Part shown: positions 1 to 12,520 of the stretch, piece after piece
Layout: every line of letters starts with the position of its first letter
Numbering within the stretch: position 1 is the stretch's first letter
From: Narcine bancroftii
Lineage: Eukaryota
Assembly: GCF_036971445.1 (NCBI RefSeq)
Contig: NC_091479.1
Span: forward strand, 79,856,001 to 79,920,000
DNA: 64,000 nucleotides
Reading direction: 5' to 3'
The notes under the pieces: model-generated
Databases searched by the model: none
Told to the model about the DNA's origin: nothing
Seen by the model: only the letters and a program-made list of their open reading frames with translations
Position numbers and translations under genes: made by a program

Positions 1-97
1 TGCACGAGCTAATGAATGCCAAGACTTCCAACTGTTTAAATCAGAAATAGAAACACTTGTGCATAAGTCTGGAATGAAGACAGGATGCCTGGGAAAG
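1..97 (+). CDS. ADCK2: ADCK2-like (aarF/ABC1 kinase) coding exon, cut by window start
   Basis: Frame from nt 2 reads ARANECQDFQLFKSEIETLVHKSGMKTGCLGK and ends at AAG|GTAA. It resembles ADCK2 ARASECRDVEGFKTEM...LEK. Confidence 0.8.
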
Positions 98-460
98 GTA
101 ATAACAAACAAAAGAATAGATAGGAAAATATTTATTTTGATTACGGGAAGTGAATCCACTCCTTAATCATCCAGCTTAATGTACCTTTTGAAGTAAGCAA
201 TTCTCAATTTTAAGAAGTGTTACATATTCAGAGATTTAATAATTTTTTGGTTTATTATGTATTGTAGTAATAATAGTGATTTATAAGGAGATTTTTTGTG
301 ACTTTTGTTCTTTGGTTTACATATCTCAAACTGTAATGTTTTATTTAGTATACCAGCTGTCATTATTAATTTGGAGTAGTAGGAGCTCACTGATCATTTT
401 TAACTGAAACTTAAAATTAAAAGTTAAAATGTCATATAAAATCTTTTTTAATTCTCTCAG

Positions 461-514
461 CACCATATTGCAGGCTTTTTTTCTCAAGTTTTGGAAACAC
501 TCATTACACACAAG
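461..514 (+). CDS. ADCK2: ADCK2-like penultimate coding exon (54 nt)
   Basis: ctctcAG|HHIAGFFSQVLETLITHK|GTaaag, phase 0/0. It matches the ADCK2 ...VFKLLMTHK exon. Confidence 0.85.
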
Positions 515-600
515 GTAAAGAATAATTCCAAGCTATAGCATTTTGTGTTTTTGTTACTGATTGCAATCTAACGTGTTTATTTTTCTTCTCTCAATGCTAG

Positions 601-738
601 GTCAAGGTGAACAGTAAATTTGCCTCCATGATCTTTGCCATCATCGTCTTGGATGATCTTGGTCGTTCTCTGGACCCTGAGCTGGACCTTCTGGAAGTGG
701 TCAGACCTATGTTACTGAAAGACACTGCAGGACTGTAA
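601..738 (+). CDS. ADCK2: ADCK2-like last coding exon
   Basis: Polypyrimidine tract and TAG acceptor, then VKVNSKFASMIFAIIVLDDLGRSLDPELDLLEVVRPMLLKDTAGL*. Compare ADCK2 VKLESNFASIVFAIMVLEGLGRSLDPKLDILE. NDUFB2 follows downstream, as in mammals. Confidence 0.88.
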   Translation, partial: VKVNSKFASMIFAIIVLDDLGRSLDPELDLLEVVRPMLLKDTAGL

Positions 739-1077
739 AGCATCAGAGACCCCATTGCAGCATTTTTACCCACCTTCCTTGGGGAAAGAATTTCCCAGAA
801 ATTCACCACCGTTATCTATTCAATCACTTGGTCTTAGATTTTTTTTAAACAATGGGCCAACACTCAAGCTGAAAAGGTCAATTGGAAGAATAATGCATGG
901 CGTATCTTAGTGTTTCTTTATGAATCCATGAGTAAATGGAAATTGCAAAAATTATGTTTATGCAGCATGCTTTACTGGATCTGTTCTTTTTCAGAAATGT
1001 TGGCAACAATTGTGAGCATATGATCAGTGTTAAAAGTTATCAGTTTCATGGCATTGCAAAACTCTCCACCATAAACT

Positions 1078-1083
1078 AATAAA
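1078..1083 (+). terminator. Probable ADCK2 polyadenylation signal
   Basis: AATAAA about 340 nt after the stop codon, followed by a T/GT-rich tract at about 1100-1120. Confidence 0.55.
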
Positions 1084-1169
1084 ATACAACATTCTAACAA
1101 TTTCCCTTTGTATTGTTTCTAAGATAATCTGTGTTCACAATGGTACTTTGAAAGACCTATCCAGTTAGC

Positions 1170-3270
1170 TTTAAGCAGGTCAACGCGGCAGGGATGCCCA
1201 CTATCACCATTATTGTTTGCGCTAGCTATAGAACCACTAGCAGAATCGATAAGAATAGATAATAATATAAAAGGAATAATAATAAAAGACAGGGAATATA
1301 AAATCAGTCTATTTGCGGATGATGTGATAGTGTACTTAACAGAACCAGAACTATCAATAAAAGAACTATATAAGAAATTGAAGGAATATGGAGAAGTGTC
1401 GGGATACAAGATAAACGTAAATAAAAGTGAAGCAATGCCTATGAATAACGCGGATTTCTCAAAATTTAAGAAGGAATCCCCATTCAGATGGCAAATGCAG
1501 GCAATAAGATACCTCGGTGTACAAATAAACAAAAATCTAGGCCAATTATATAAACTCAATTACAATCCACTAATGAAAAAATTACAGGACGATTTAGAGC
1601 ATTGGAAAGAGCTACCACTAACACTGATAGGAAGGATAAACTGTATTAAAATGAACATTTTTCCAAGGATACTATACTTATTTCAGGCATTGCCAATACA
1701 ACTGACAGAAAAATTCTTCAAAGAGTTTAAGAAAATAATAAGGAAATTTTTATGGAGAGGGGGGAAACCGAGGATAGCACTAGATAAATTAACAGAATGG
1801 TATAAACAAGGAGGCTTACAATTGCCAAACTTCAAAAATTATTATAGAGCCGCACAATTAAGGTACCTATCAGATTTTTATCAAACAAGGGAAAAACCAG
1901 ACTGGACGAGATTAGAATTAGATAAAATAGGGGAAAAGATACCTGAACACATATTATATAAATGGGACGAAAAATTGGTACAACATAGAACTTCTCCAGT
2001 ATTACACCATCTCCTCAATATATGGAAGAAGATTCATGTAGAAAGAAATAAAACAAATTATCAATTACCAAAACTAATATTGACGCAAAATAAGCTACTC
2101 CCTTTTACAATAGACAACCTTTCCTTTAGAAAATGGGAAAAAAAAGGGATTAAAAGAATAGAAAATTGTTTTTCAGGAAGTAGATTCTTATCCTTTGAAC
2201 AAATGAGAGATAAGTACAATATAACTGGAGATACAGCGCTGGCATATTACCAACTGAGATCCTACTTGAAAGATAAATTAGGAAGCAATTTGAGTTTACC
2301 AGAGGGAAGTAACCTTGAATATGTGATTACAGATACAATGTTAATCAAAAGATTTATAACAAATATGTATATTAAACTGCAAGAAAAGGAGAATGAGGAA
2401 ACAAATGGTAAAACTAAACAAAAATGGGAACAAGATTTAAATATAAAGATAAAAAAGGAAACATGGGAGAAATTATGTTCTGGAACGATGAGAAATACAA
2501 TAAATACGAGGCTGCGTATGATACAATATAATTGGTTGCACAGACTATACATTACACCGCAAAAGTTAAATAAATGGGACCCAACAGTATCTGATAGATG
2601 TTTTCGATGTAAAAAAGAAAGGGGAACAACAATTCATGCAATCTGGACATGTGAGAGAGTAGAAAAATTTTGGGATGATCTCAATCAGATATTAAATAAA
2701 ATAACAGAAAACAATATACCAAAGAATCCAGAGATCTTTCTCCTAAGTAACATAAAAAATAAAGAATTTGGAATTGACTTGGAAGATGCACAAAAAAGAT
2801 TTGTTAAGATAGCCCTAGCCGTAGCAAAAAAAATGTATTATGTCAACCTGGAAATTGGAAGATAATTTGAAAATACAACAATGGTATATAGAAATGAATA
2901 AATGTATTCCATTAGAAAAAATAACATATAGTTTAAGAAATAATATTGAAATATTCGAACAAGTATGGGAGCCTTACATTAAATAAAATAGCGAAAACCT
3001 ACCGGGAACAAACATTACCTAAGTTGATGGAAGGAAAAGAAAAGAAAAGAATGGACTCAGTAGAATTTCTGGTGTATTTTTGTTGAATGACAACATTGTC
3101 TGACTGACTTAATGCAACCTAGATTGTATACCTAAAATGGATGAGAGGGGGGTGGCTTGGGAGGAGGGGGGGGGGTGGGGAGAAAAAGTCACTGTATATG
3201 TGTGAAAATGAAAAAGTGTATATCATGGCTAACGTGTTTTATGGTGTGAAAAATAAAAAATTTAAAAAAT
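1170..3270 (+). mobile_element. 5'-truncated L1-clade LINE (ORF2 RT C-half and Cys-rich domain)
   Basis: ORF 1213-2865 with RQGCPLSP just upstream, LFADD and CxxC..H..WxC. A frameshift lies in the A-run near 2830, followed by a G-rich 3' UTR, AATAAA and an A-rich tail. Confidence 0.93.
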
Positions 3271-3771
3271 AAATTATAAAGATGGTCACGTCAAAATTAT
3301 GCTCCATAACAGTGGTGAGATAAGTGAATAAATGGAGAAACAATGAAGAGAACAGCCTATATTCTTAAGAAATCAGGACCAATTCTGGAGTAAGACAGTG
3401 GTAATGCTTGTTATGAACTAGTTCTAACATAGGAACACCAATGGTAAATTGAAAAATAAGTTTTTTAATTAAATTATTCCTCACATAACATATCTCAATG
3501 ACTAAACTTAATGCCATATTAACCCCCACCACTACGCACGAGTGTAAAATGAGTGTGTGTGTGTGTGGTTTCAAAGTCCAGGCCATTTCAAGGGCTTGCT
3601 TCTAGAAATTTCAATTTTAAAGTCCCATTTCAAATCTCTTGTCGAGTGCCAGAATCTTTTCTTTAAATTACGTTCCAGAAATTTTTATAGAGCAAGTATG
3701 GAGTGTGTAATAGTATTAATATTTGGGGAGAATTTGGTAATGTTTGGGAGAAATTTGGTAAAATTTAGAAT

Positions 3772-4456
3772 TCTTTTTTTTTCTTTGGCTTGGCTTCGCG
3801 GACGAAGATTTATGGAGGGGGTAAAAAAGTCCACGTCAGCTGCAGGCTCGTTTGTGGCTGACCAGTCCGATGCGGGACAGGCAGACACGATTGCAGCGGT
3901 TGCAAGGGAAAATTGGTTGGTTGGGGTTGGGTGTTGGGTTTTTCCTCCTTTGCCTTTTGTCAGTGAGGTGGGCTCTGCGGTCTTCTTCAAAGGAGGCTGC
4001 TGCCCGCCAAACTGTGAGGCGCCAAGATGCACGGTTTGAGGCGTTATCAGCCCACTGGCGGTGGTCAATGTGGCAGGCACCAAGAGATTTCTTTAGGCAG
4101 TCCTTGTACCTTTTCTTTGGTGCACCTCTGTCACGGTGGCCAGTGGAGAGCTCGCCATATAATACGATCTTGGGAAGGCGATGGTCCTCCATTCTGGAGA
4201 CGTGACCCATCCAGCGCAGCTGGATCTTCAGCAGCGTGGACTCGATGCTGTCGACCTCTGCCATCTCGAGTACCTCGACGTTAGGGGTGTGAGCGCTCCA
4301 ATGGATGTTGAGGATGGAGTGGAGACAACGCTGGTGGAAGCGTTCTAGGAGCCGTAGGTGGTGCCGGTAGAGGACCCATGATTCGGAGCCGAACAGGAGT
4401 GTGGGTATGACAACGGCTCTGTATACGCTTATCTTTGTGAGGTTTTTCAGTTGGTT
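3772..4456 (-). mobile_element. Young RTE-clade (BovB-like) LINE 3' fragment
   Basis: ORF 3836-4540(-) contains YRAVVIPTLLFGSESW, QLRWMGHVSRM and a terminal CxxC..H finger. It has a short 3' UTR and an A/GAA tail, and is nearly identical to 28565-29143. Confidence 0.92.
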
Positions 4457-5091
4457 ACATACATACACATATTTTAAAACAGATCTTATTTGAAAGACTG
4501 AAGAATTCTCATGGCAGGATCTCTGAAAAATGTTATGCACATTTCACAAGTAGGTGCTAATGGAAATGGCTCATAAAATGCATGACCAATGTCTTGCTGG
4601 AGTCAGGTTGACTACAAGTACCCTTACTGCAAAAAAGTGCTCACAGAGAGGTCACCCCTAGATTTTGTTTATACTTAAGATAACAACTTGACAGAAGGAA
4701 AAAATCCTGTTGTTTGCTGGAGAAGGTGGGGGGGGGGGGGTTGCAAGTCACACGAGTCACATGCTTTTTACTGGAGTCTCATTTTGAGAGAGAGAAAGAG
4801 AGAGGTCACAAGCTCTTTCAGTCAGTGTGTGTGGGACACTGAACAGTGCAATCCAGGAAGAACTGATGAAAAGTTCCAAAGCAGTGGATGGCTGGAAGTG
4901 CTATATGACTGATGTTTCTCTTGGAATAAGTGGAACAGAAAGGAATTCTGTGGTGGTAGCCTGAAAAAAGAGGTTACCATCTGGAAAACCCTGATGGGGC
5001 AAGTTTCATCAGTGAGACCTTGAGGTGACTAATGGTAGTACCTCAGTTGTGGAAATCCTGGATCAACAAATCTGGAACTGAAAACCCTACA

Positions 5092-7700
5092 AGAACATAG
5101 AAACATAGAAACATAAAAGATAGGAGCAGGAGTAGGTCATTCGACCCTTCGAGCCTGCTCCGCCATTCAACGACATCATGGCTGATCTTAAAGTTCAATA
5201 CCCCGTCCCCGCCTTCTCTCCGTAACATTTAATATCTTTATACTGAAGAAATATATCTAATTCCCTCTTAAATATATTTAATGAACCTGCCTCTACTGCC
5301 CTCTGTGGCAATGAATTCCTCCTCATCTCGGTCCTAAATGGTTTGCCTATTATCCTCAAACCATGGCCCCGGGTTCTGGATTTTCCCATCCTTGGAAACA
5401 TCCCATCTGCATCCATTCTGTCCAGTCCTGCCAGAATTTTATATGTCTCTATGAGATCCCCTCTCAATCTTCTAAACTCCACCGAGAACAATCCCAATTT
5501 GCGCAATCTTTCCTCATAAGTCATTCCTGCCATTCCAGGTATCAGTCTGGTGAATCGCCTCTGCACTCCCTCCATTGCAAGAACATCCTTCCTTAGATAA
5601 GGTGACCAAAACTGCACACAATACTCCAGGTGTGGTCTCACCAAGACCCTGTACAGCTGCAGTAAGGTATCCTTGTTCCTATACTCAAACCCTCTTGATA
5701 TGAAGGCCAACATACCATTTGCCTTTTTAACCGCCTGCTGTACCTGCATGCTCGCCTTCAGAGACTGGTGTACAAGTACCCCTAGGTCTCTCTGCACTTC
5801 CCCATCTCTTAATCTATTGCCATTCAAATAGTAATCTGCCCTCCGGTTTGTATTACCAAAGTGGATAACCTCACATTTATCCACATTGTAGTGCATTTGC
5901 CATGTATCTGCCCAGTCCCTCAATTTATCCAAATCACACTGGAGCTTCCTGACCCCCTCTTCCGTGCACACAACCCCTCCTCCCTCATAGCTTAGTGTCA
6001 TCTGCAAATTTGGAGATATTACATCCAATCCCCTCATCCAGATCATTAATGTAAATTGTGAACAGCTGGGGTCCCAATACAGATCCCTATGGCACCCCAC
6101 TGGTCACCGCCTGCCACTCAGAAAACGAGCCATTTATCCCAACTCTCTGTCTTCTACCTGCCAGCCAGTTCTCAATCCACATCAATACTTTGCCCCAATC
6201 CCATGAGCCTTGATTTTGGAAGCCAGTCGTTTATGCGGGACCTTACCGAAGGCCTTTTGGAAGTCCAGGTACACCACATCCACTGGCTCTCCCCCATCTA
6301 TTTTACCTGTCACCATCTCAAAGAATTCCAATAGATTTATCAAGCACAATTTACCTTTTGTAAATCCATGTTGACTCCGTCCGATCCCTTCTCTGCTAGT
6401 CATATGCTCCGCTATTACATCCTTAATAATGGATTCCATCATTTTGCCCACTACTGATGTAAGGCTCACCGGCCTATAATTCCCCGCTTTTTCTCTACCC
6501 CCCTTTTTAAATAGTGGGGTAACATTAGCTACCCTCCAATCCATGGGTACTGATCCTGAGTCTATCGAGTTCTGGAAAATAATTCTTAAGGCATCTGCTA
6601 TCTGAATGGCCCTAGGATGTAGATTATCAGGCCCTTGGGATTTATCTGCCTTCAATCCCATCAATTTCCCCAAGACCATGTCCTTAGAGATACTGATTTC
6701 TTTCAGTTCCTCCCTTGCATTAGTCTCTATGTTTCCCAACATCCTTGGTAGGTTATTTGTATCCTCTCTTGTAAAAACAGAACTAAAGTAAGAATTTAAT
6801 TGGTCTGCCATTTCCTTATTCCCCATTATATATTCCCCTGATTCCGACTGCAAGGGACCTACTCTGGATTTCACCAATCTTTTCCTCTTGACATATTTAT
6901 AAAAGCTTTTGCAGTCAGTTTTTATATTTGCCGTAAGCTTACTTTCGTAATTTATTTTTGCTCTCTTGATTAATCCCTTTGTCCTCCTTTGGTGCATCTT
7001 GAACTGCTCCCAGTCTTCGGTTGTGGTACTTTTTTTGGCCAATTGATATGCTCTCTCCTTGGACCTAATGCTGTCTCTAATTTCCCTTGTTATCCACGGT
7101 TGAGTCACCTTTTTTGGTTTATTTTTATGCCAAACTGCTATAAACGATTTTTGCAATTTCTCCATTAGATCTGTGAATGCTTTCCATTGTCTATCCACAG
7201 TCAACTCCCCCATAAACACCACCCAATCAATCTTACTCAACTCCCGTCTCATACCATCATAATTCCCTTTATTTAAATTCAGGACCTTAGTCTCGGTTTT
7301 AATTTCATCACTCTCCATGTCGAGTGAGAATTCGATCATATTGTGATCACTCCTACCCAAAGGGCCTCATACAACAAGATTGTTGATTAGCCCCTTATCA
7401 TTGCATAATACCCAATCTAAAATGGCCTGCTCCCGAGTTGGTTCCTCAACGTATTGGTCTAGATAACCGTCCCGTAAACATTCAAGGAATTCCTCCTCCT
7501 CAGTATTTTTACTAATTTGGCTAGTCCAATCTATATGCAAATGAAAGTCTCCCATGATGACAGCTGTTCCCTTATTGCATGCTTTTCTAATTTCTCTTTT
7601 AATGCCTTCCCTCACCTCTACACTACTATTTGGAGGCCTACATACCACCCCCATTAACGTTTTCCGCCCCTTGCTATTCCTCAGTTCTACCCATATAGAA
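5092..7700 (-). mobile_element. CR1-clade LINE (HER1-like), 5'-truncated, endonuclease end plus RT
   Basis: ORFs 7367-7720, 6182-7360 and 5195-6100 carry GDF, SDHN, NYRPVSLTS, YLDFQKAF and RPHLEYCVQFWSP, with few frameshifts. The 3' tail is an (ATAGAAAC)n octamer repeat at 5092-5115. Confidence 0.95.
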
Positions 7701-8037
7701 CCTTCCTGAGCGGTAAACATTTACCTTTCAAGCACCAAAGCCTGGTGAACTTTATACATGTTAAATTCTGTGCACAGTGTAAGAGTTGCCTGCATCCAGA
7801 GAACTTGGAAGAAGAAGTGAGATTGAACTGTGAACCAAATAACTTTTCTTGAATTTATACACACATTGCATACACGTGCGATTAGAATTAGAAGGGGGTT
7901 AATTTGGGTTAGTATAGAGTATAGTTAAGTGTAAGTATAAAGTTTGATTCTATTTTCATGTTTAAAGTTGATTAAAAATAACTTTTGTTTTAAAAACCAC
8001 TCATCTTGGTGAATGTCTATCACTGCTGGGTGTTGGG

Positions 8038-8956
8038 GTTACGGGCCCAGAGGACCCCAAAACCCAGCAGCAACAGAAATTCACCAAGACAAATGGTTAC
8101 TTAAACAAAAATTGCTTTTAATTTTCTTTAAACATATAAACAGGATCAAACTTTAACTTATTACTATTAACTTAACCCCTTATAATTCTAAGCACAGATG
8201 TAATATGTACATGTTCAGGAAAGTTCTTTGATACACAGTCCAATCTCATTTCTCACTCCTCCAAGTTCACTGTTATTAGACAATTTTTATATTGTGCACA
8301 GAATTTAATATTTATGAACTTTCACCAGGCTCTAGTGAAAAGATAAATGGTTACTGCTCAGGAAAGTTCTTGTTAGTTTCAGAGAGAGATCCGTTGCTCG
8401 TTGGACACACACAAACTGATTTATTTCCATCAGTCACTTCAGGGTCTTGTTGAAGAAACTCCCCATCAGGGTTTTCCAAATGATAACCTCTTCTTCTATG
8501 TCACCATAGAGTTCCTCTTGTTTCCCTTATTTCAGGTGAAACACTCTAGCCAGCCATTTCCTCGTGTTAAGGACCACAAGGATTTTTCAAAGGCTGAACT
8601 CGGAACTCCCAACCCGTCTTCAAAGTCAGGTTTTCCACAAGCTTCCAACAGCCACTGCAGAAGTCAGTTCTCTCTCTCTCTGTTTGCAAAACCACATGAC
8701 CCAGTCTCTGAGCATGGAATGTTTCATTTGCGCCTGCTTTTGAAGTTCCTAAGCAAAGCATTTCAAAAATAGATTTTAATGTCTTTGCAAAGGCACTCGG
8801 TGCCTCAATATCTAATTTTTAACAAAGCTATTGCATTTTCAATGAGATGTGAAGCATTACTCTGTTTGTGGTGACCTGCACTAAAGACCCCCCCCCACAA
8901 TCTATCTCTTTTAAAAAACATTCATATATAATATAAAATATAATATATCCATCACA
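8038..8956 (-). mobile_element. LTR-like repeat related to 3704-8038, inverted
   Basis: Starts TGTGAT on the minus strand at 8956 and ends ...gggcccgtaac. Positions 8050-8350 are reverse-complement similar to 7720-8038. Confidence 0.6.
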
Positions 8957-9613
8957 GGAGCATCAGTTTTCTTACAAACTCACATGTCTTTTAATGAGTC
9001 GGCTTTTAGAGAGAATTCTTCTCGCTGGTGTATTCACATGTTTCCCCCCAACTTTTTAGGGTACTAGACCTAAATTTCTTGATGATAGAGCAGCAGTCCT
9101 GCCTTCTCAGAGATTGCAGCTTTCACCCTGCCCTTCAGAAAGGTCAGGTTTTATTCAGGTTGCTTCAAACATCACTGCTCTTTACCCTGCCTTTCACAAA
9201 GGACAGGTTTTATTCAGCTCAGTGTGATCAACCTCCAACAAAATGTCCTCCAGCCTTCTTTATCCTCTTTTTTTAATTGAATATTTCCAAACTTAAACTC
9301 AAACAGTTATCAATGTTATCAGTGTCGATTTTAACAGTATCAGCAATGACTACAATTTACAATTATCCGTTTAATACAGTTTTCTGCAGAGTTCAAACTC
9401 TTTTCATCCCCCCCTCCCTTCCCAACCCCACATTTAACACTTAACTAACCACAGTTACACATAACATTCAAGTCACTCAGAACAAAGGTATAAGACAAAT
9501 ATTAGGGTTTTATGGGTTGGTCACAACATGGCAGCCAGTGCTCAGGCTGTTTTCTTTCCTTGACTTTTCCAGGTTGGGATGGGATGGAAACTCCCTCCCC
9601 CACTGATTGAGGT

Positions 9614-9616
<3 letters not shown>

Positions 9617-9651
<35 letters not shown>
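9617..9651. repeat. (CT)n microsatellite
   Basis: About 17 CT units, read directly. Confidence 0.95.
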
Positions 9652-9653
<2 letters not shown>

Positions 9654-10612
9654 CCATGTGACCTGACATCACATGGCTTCAGTCTGTTATGTAAAACCTA
9701 TCTTGTTCCAACGTTTGATTTTGTAAAGTTTTGCACCTGTCAATCAAATGGATCTGGGGTTTGTAGCACTGTCAGCGCAAGCCTGAATGTACCCAATTTT
9801 TTTCTTCTGTTCCCTTAAAGCACATATTGTCCTGACATCCATTGTGATCCATTTTAATTCCATTATTGGCTTGTCTGCTATACTTAGGTGTTTATGGAAG
9901 GCCATTCAACCCATCGAATCTCCTCTTGTTTTCTCTTAGTGTCGTAGTGTTTGTCAAATGTGCTGTGGTGTCTGTACCCCTGTAACCAAGCCCACTACAT
10001 AACCCAAGATATATAATTCTATTTTACTTCAAATATTATCAACACATCCATTACATGCTTCTTCCAAAAGCTGAGATCTTCATCTCATAAGGATTTTTGT
10101 CATTTGATCATTCAATTAATAACCCTTTAGTCAAACATTTTCATTTAAAGATGAGGAACAAAACGTTATGGAAGATGGAGTGGCAAAAAAGGCAATTAAA
10201 GTAAAATAAAAAGGTAGAATGGAGAAGGAGGAGTAATTGGATAGAGAAGAGAAATTCTGTTGATAAATGTGGTAGAAATTAAAGTGGAAAGGCCATTGGA
10301 CCTGAATGCCAAGTACTTAAAGGTTATCCATTCTAAATTTCAAACATTGAGCCGAATTACCATGCGCTTAAGTAGGAAAGTGCCAGTCAACAAATACCTT
10401 GCCAGAAAATACAACGATATTGAATTTGCAGTTATTCATTATGTAAGCCTGGGTGTACAAGGTCTGAATCAGGTGGGAATTCACTGCATTTTAGAATGGA
10501 ATGCATACTCACCTATGTGTGCAGAACCAAGGTTATATACTTTTCTGTTATACTTCTGAGTAGACTCCTTGAACTCCCTATAAAAAAACCAAAGATAATC
10601 GAACTGGCATAT

Positions 10613-10842
10613 TCAATTTAGACATACAGCACACTCACAAACCTGTGAGCCTGTGCCGCCCGAATACACTAATTAACCTCCAAACCCCATACATTTTTGG
10701 AGGGTGGAAGAAAACCTGAGCACACGAAGAAAACCCATGCAGATACATGGAGAACATACAAAGTCCTTACAGAAAATGCTGGATTCAAATGTGGGTCACT
10801 GGTGCAGTAATAGCATTGTGTTAATTGCTTTGCTAATCATGC
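10613..10842 (-). mobile_element. tRNA-derived V-SINE (HE1-like), diverged
   Basis: Reverse complement of the V-domain (gaaaacccatgcagatacatggagaacatacaaagtccttacaga) and the same tail as 24778-25030. Confidence 0.8.
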
Positions 10843-11089
10843 CATTGTGGAAAAGAAAATTATATTTAACTTCATACCATGCTTCCTCTCACTCTAAGTT
10901 ATGTCTAGATCCCAACACTCAATGCAACCTTTGGCTTGACTTCTGAAGGAAAATATTCTGTCCAATGGGATAATTATACTTCCAAAAGATTACATTTAAT
11001 ACTAGAATATTAGACCTAATATTATTATATTTCCAAATCAATGTCAATCTGGTACCTCTAAACCCAGCAAATAATAATTTTCCAGTATC

Positions 11090-12520
11090 AGATTATTATA
11101 TTGATAATCCTTCGGTTCAAAAAAGTCATGTTGATGCACAGTCCCGGTCTGAAAGTGCAAATTCTAGCACAATGGGGGCACTGGAAGTCCATTTTTCTAA
11201 TAAATGTGGCTGCTGCTTTGTGACGCCGTTCACGGTTTTCCATCCGTTTTTGGCAGCGCCTCTCTTCAAAACTGATGTAGGCTTCATAGCACAGGGCTCG
11301 CCAGTGGGATCTGACAGCAGCCGCAGCTTCTAGTTCTCTTGGCTGGATGTCACAGTAGCATAGGGTTTCCTTCACAGCACTTGTATGGATGACCTTGAGG
11401 TCTCCTTCCAGTCTTCAGTTCACTATAGAGCAGCTAATGAGGCATATGGTGGTCGTCCATTCTGACGATGTGTCCCTCCCATGATCGGGGACTCAATGCT
11501 GGTGGAGTTTGGGTTGGAGTGACAGTCTTGCCAATGAATGCTAAGGATGGAATGGAGGGCGTCTCCAGTTGTTTGATGTGACGTTGGTACAGAGTCCAGG
11601 TCTCACCTCCACGTAGGAGAGAAGGGATGACCACAGCTCTGTAAACTTTCAGCTTTGTGGAGATGTAAACATGGTTCATTGAGCACTCCGGTACACAGCC
11701 TCCCCAGAGCCTGGCTGGCCTTGCTGATCCTGGAGTCAATTTCTTTGTCCAAAGGCCCATCACTTGAGATGATGCTACCCAAGTATTTGAAGCTGTTTAC
11801 ATTTGTCAGCTGAGTGTCGTTAACAGTGATTTTTGGTTCTATGGTGTTGGTGTTTGGTACTTCAGTCTTATTCAGGTTGATATCAGGCCAAAGAGTGTAG
11901 CAGTGTCTGAGAATTTGTTCAGCATTAACTGTCCATATGCACAGTCATATGCAAAAAGTGTTTCTTGAATGACTGTGTAGAGGCACTTCGTCCATGTGTT
12001 CAAGCAGAGAAAGTCAAAGAGAGAGCCTACCTGATGTACACACCCTTCTCCATATCTTGGACAGCACCTGACAACATGCAAGTGAAAAACAGATTGAAAA
12101 AGACTGGGGCTCGTACACAACCCTGCTTCACTCCATTAGAAATGGCAAGTGCAGCTGATGTCTCACCACTGCAGAGGACCTGTCCTATCATTTTTTTCAT
12201 GGAGCAGCTAAATCATTTTTACGAATTTCCTTGGGCATCCATAACATCTCAGGATGATCCAGAGAGCTTCCCTGTTTATAGTGTCAAATGCCTTTGTCAG
12301 ATCAATAAAGACAGAGTAAAGAGGCTTGTTCTGCTCGATGGACTTCTCCCGAACTTGTCTCACGTCAAATATCATGTCCACTGTACTCCATTCTGGCCAA
12401 AAGCCACACTGACCTTCCGGGAGGTTCCTTTCTGAGACAGTGACAAGTCTGTTCAGGAAGATGCAGCAAAAATCTTGCCTCCCATTGCAGTATCAGATGA
12501 TACAATTTCCAAACATCACA
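11090..12520 (-). mobile_element. Old, degenerate RTE-clade LINE (different subfamily)
   Basis: Broken frames contain FIDLTKAFD, GVKQGCV, YRAVVIPSLLRGGETW and a terminal CPHC. Confidence 0.85.

Larger units (their letters stand above)
3704..8038 (+). mobile_element. LTR-like repeat (solo-LTR type) split by an RTE and a CR1 insertion; pieces at about 3704-3770, 4457-5096 and 7700-8038
   Basis: The flanks of the CR1 rejoin at a shared AGAAC (ccctacaAGAAC / AGAACcttcctgagc). The 7720-8038 part is the reverse complement of a related copy starting at 8038. Confidence 0.55.

Noticed and set aside
1213-2865. 550-aa ORF as a host gene
   Set aside because: It is 5'-truncated L1 ORF2 with no ATG start, a terminal frameshift and a poly(A) tail.
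3557-4284. Recurring + strand ORFs repeated at 20431 and 28523
   Set aside because: These are antisense frames of the multicopy RTE element, not a gene family.
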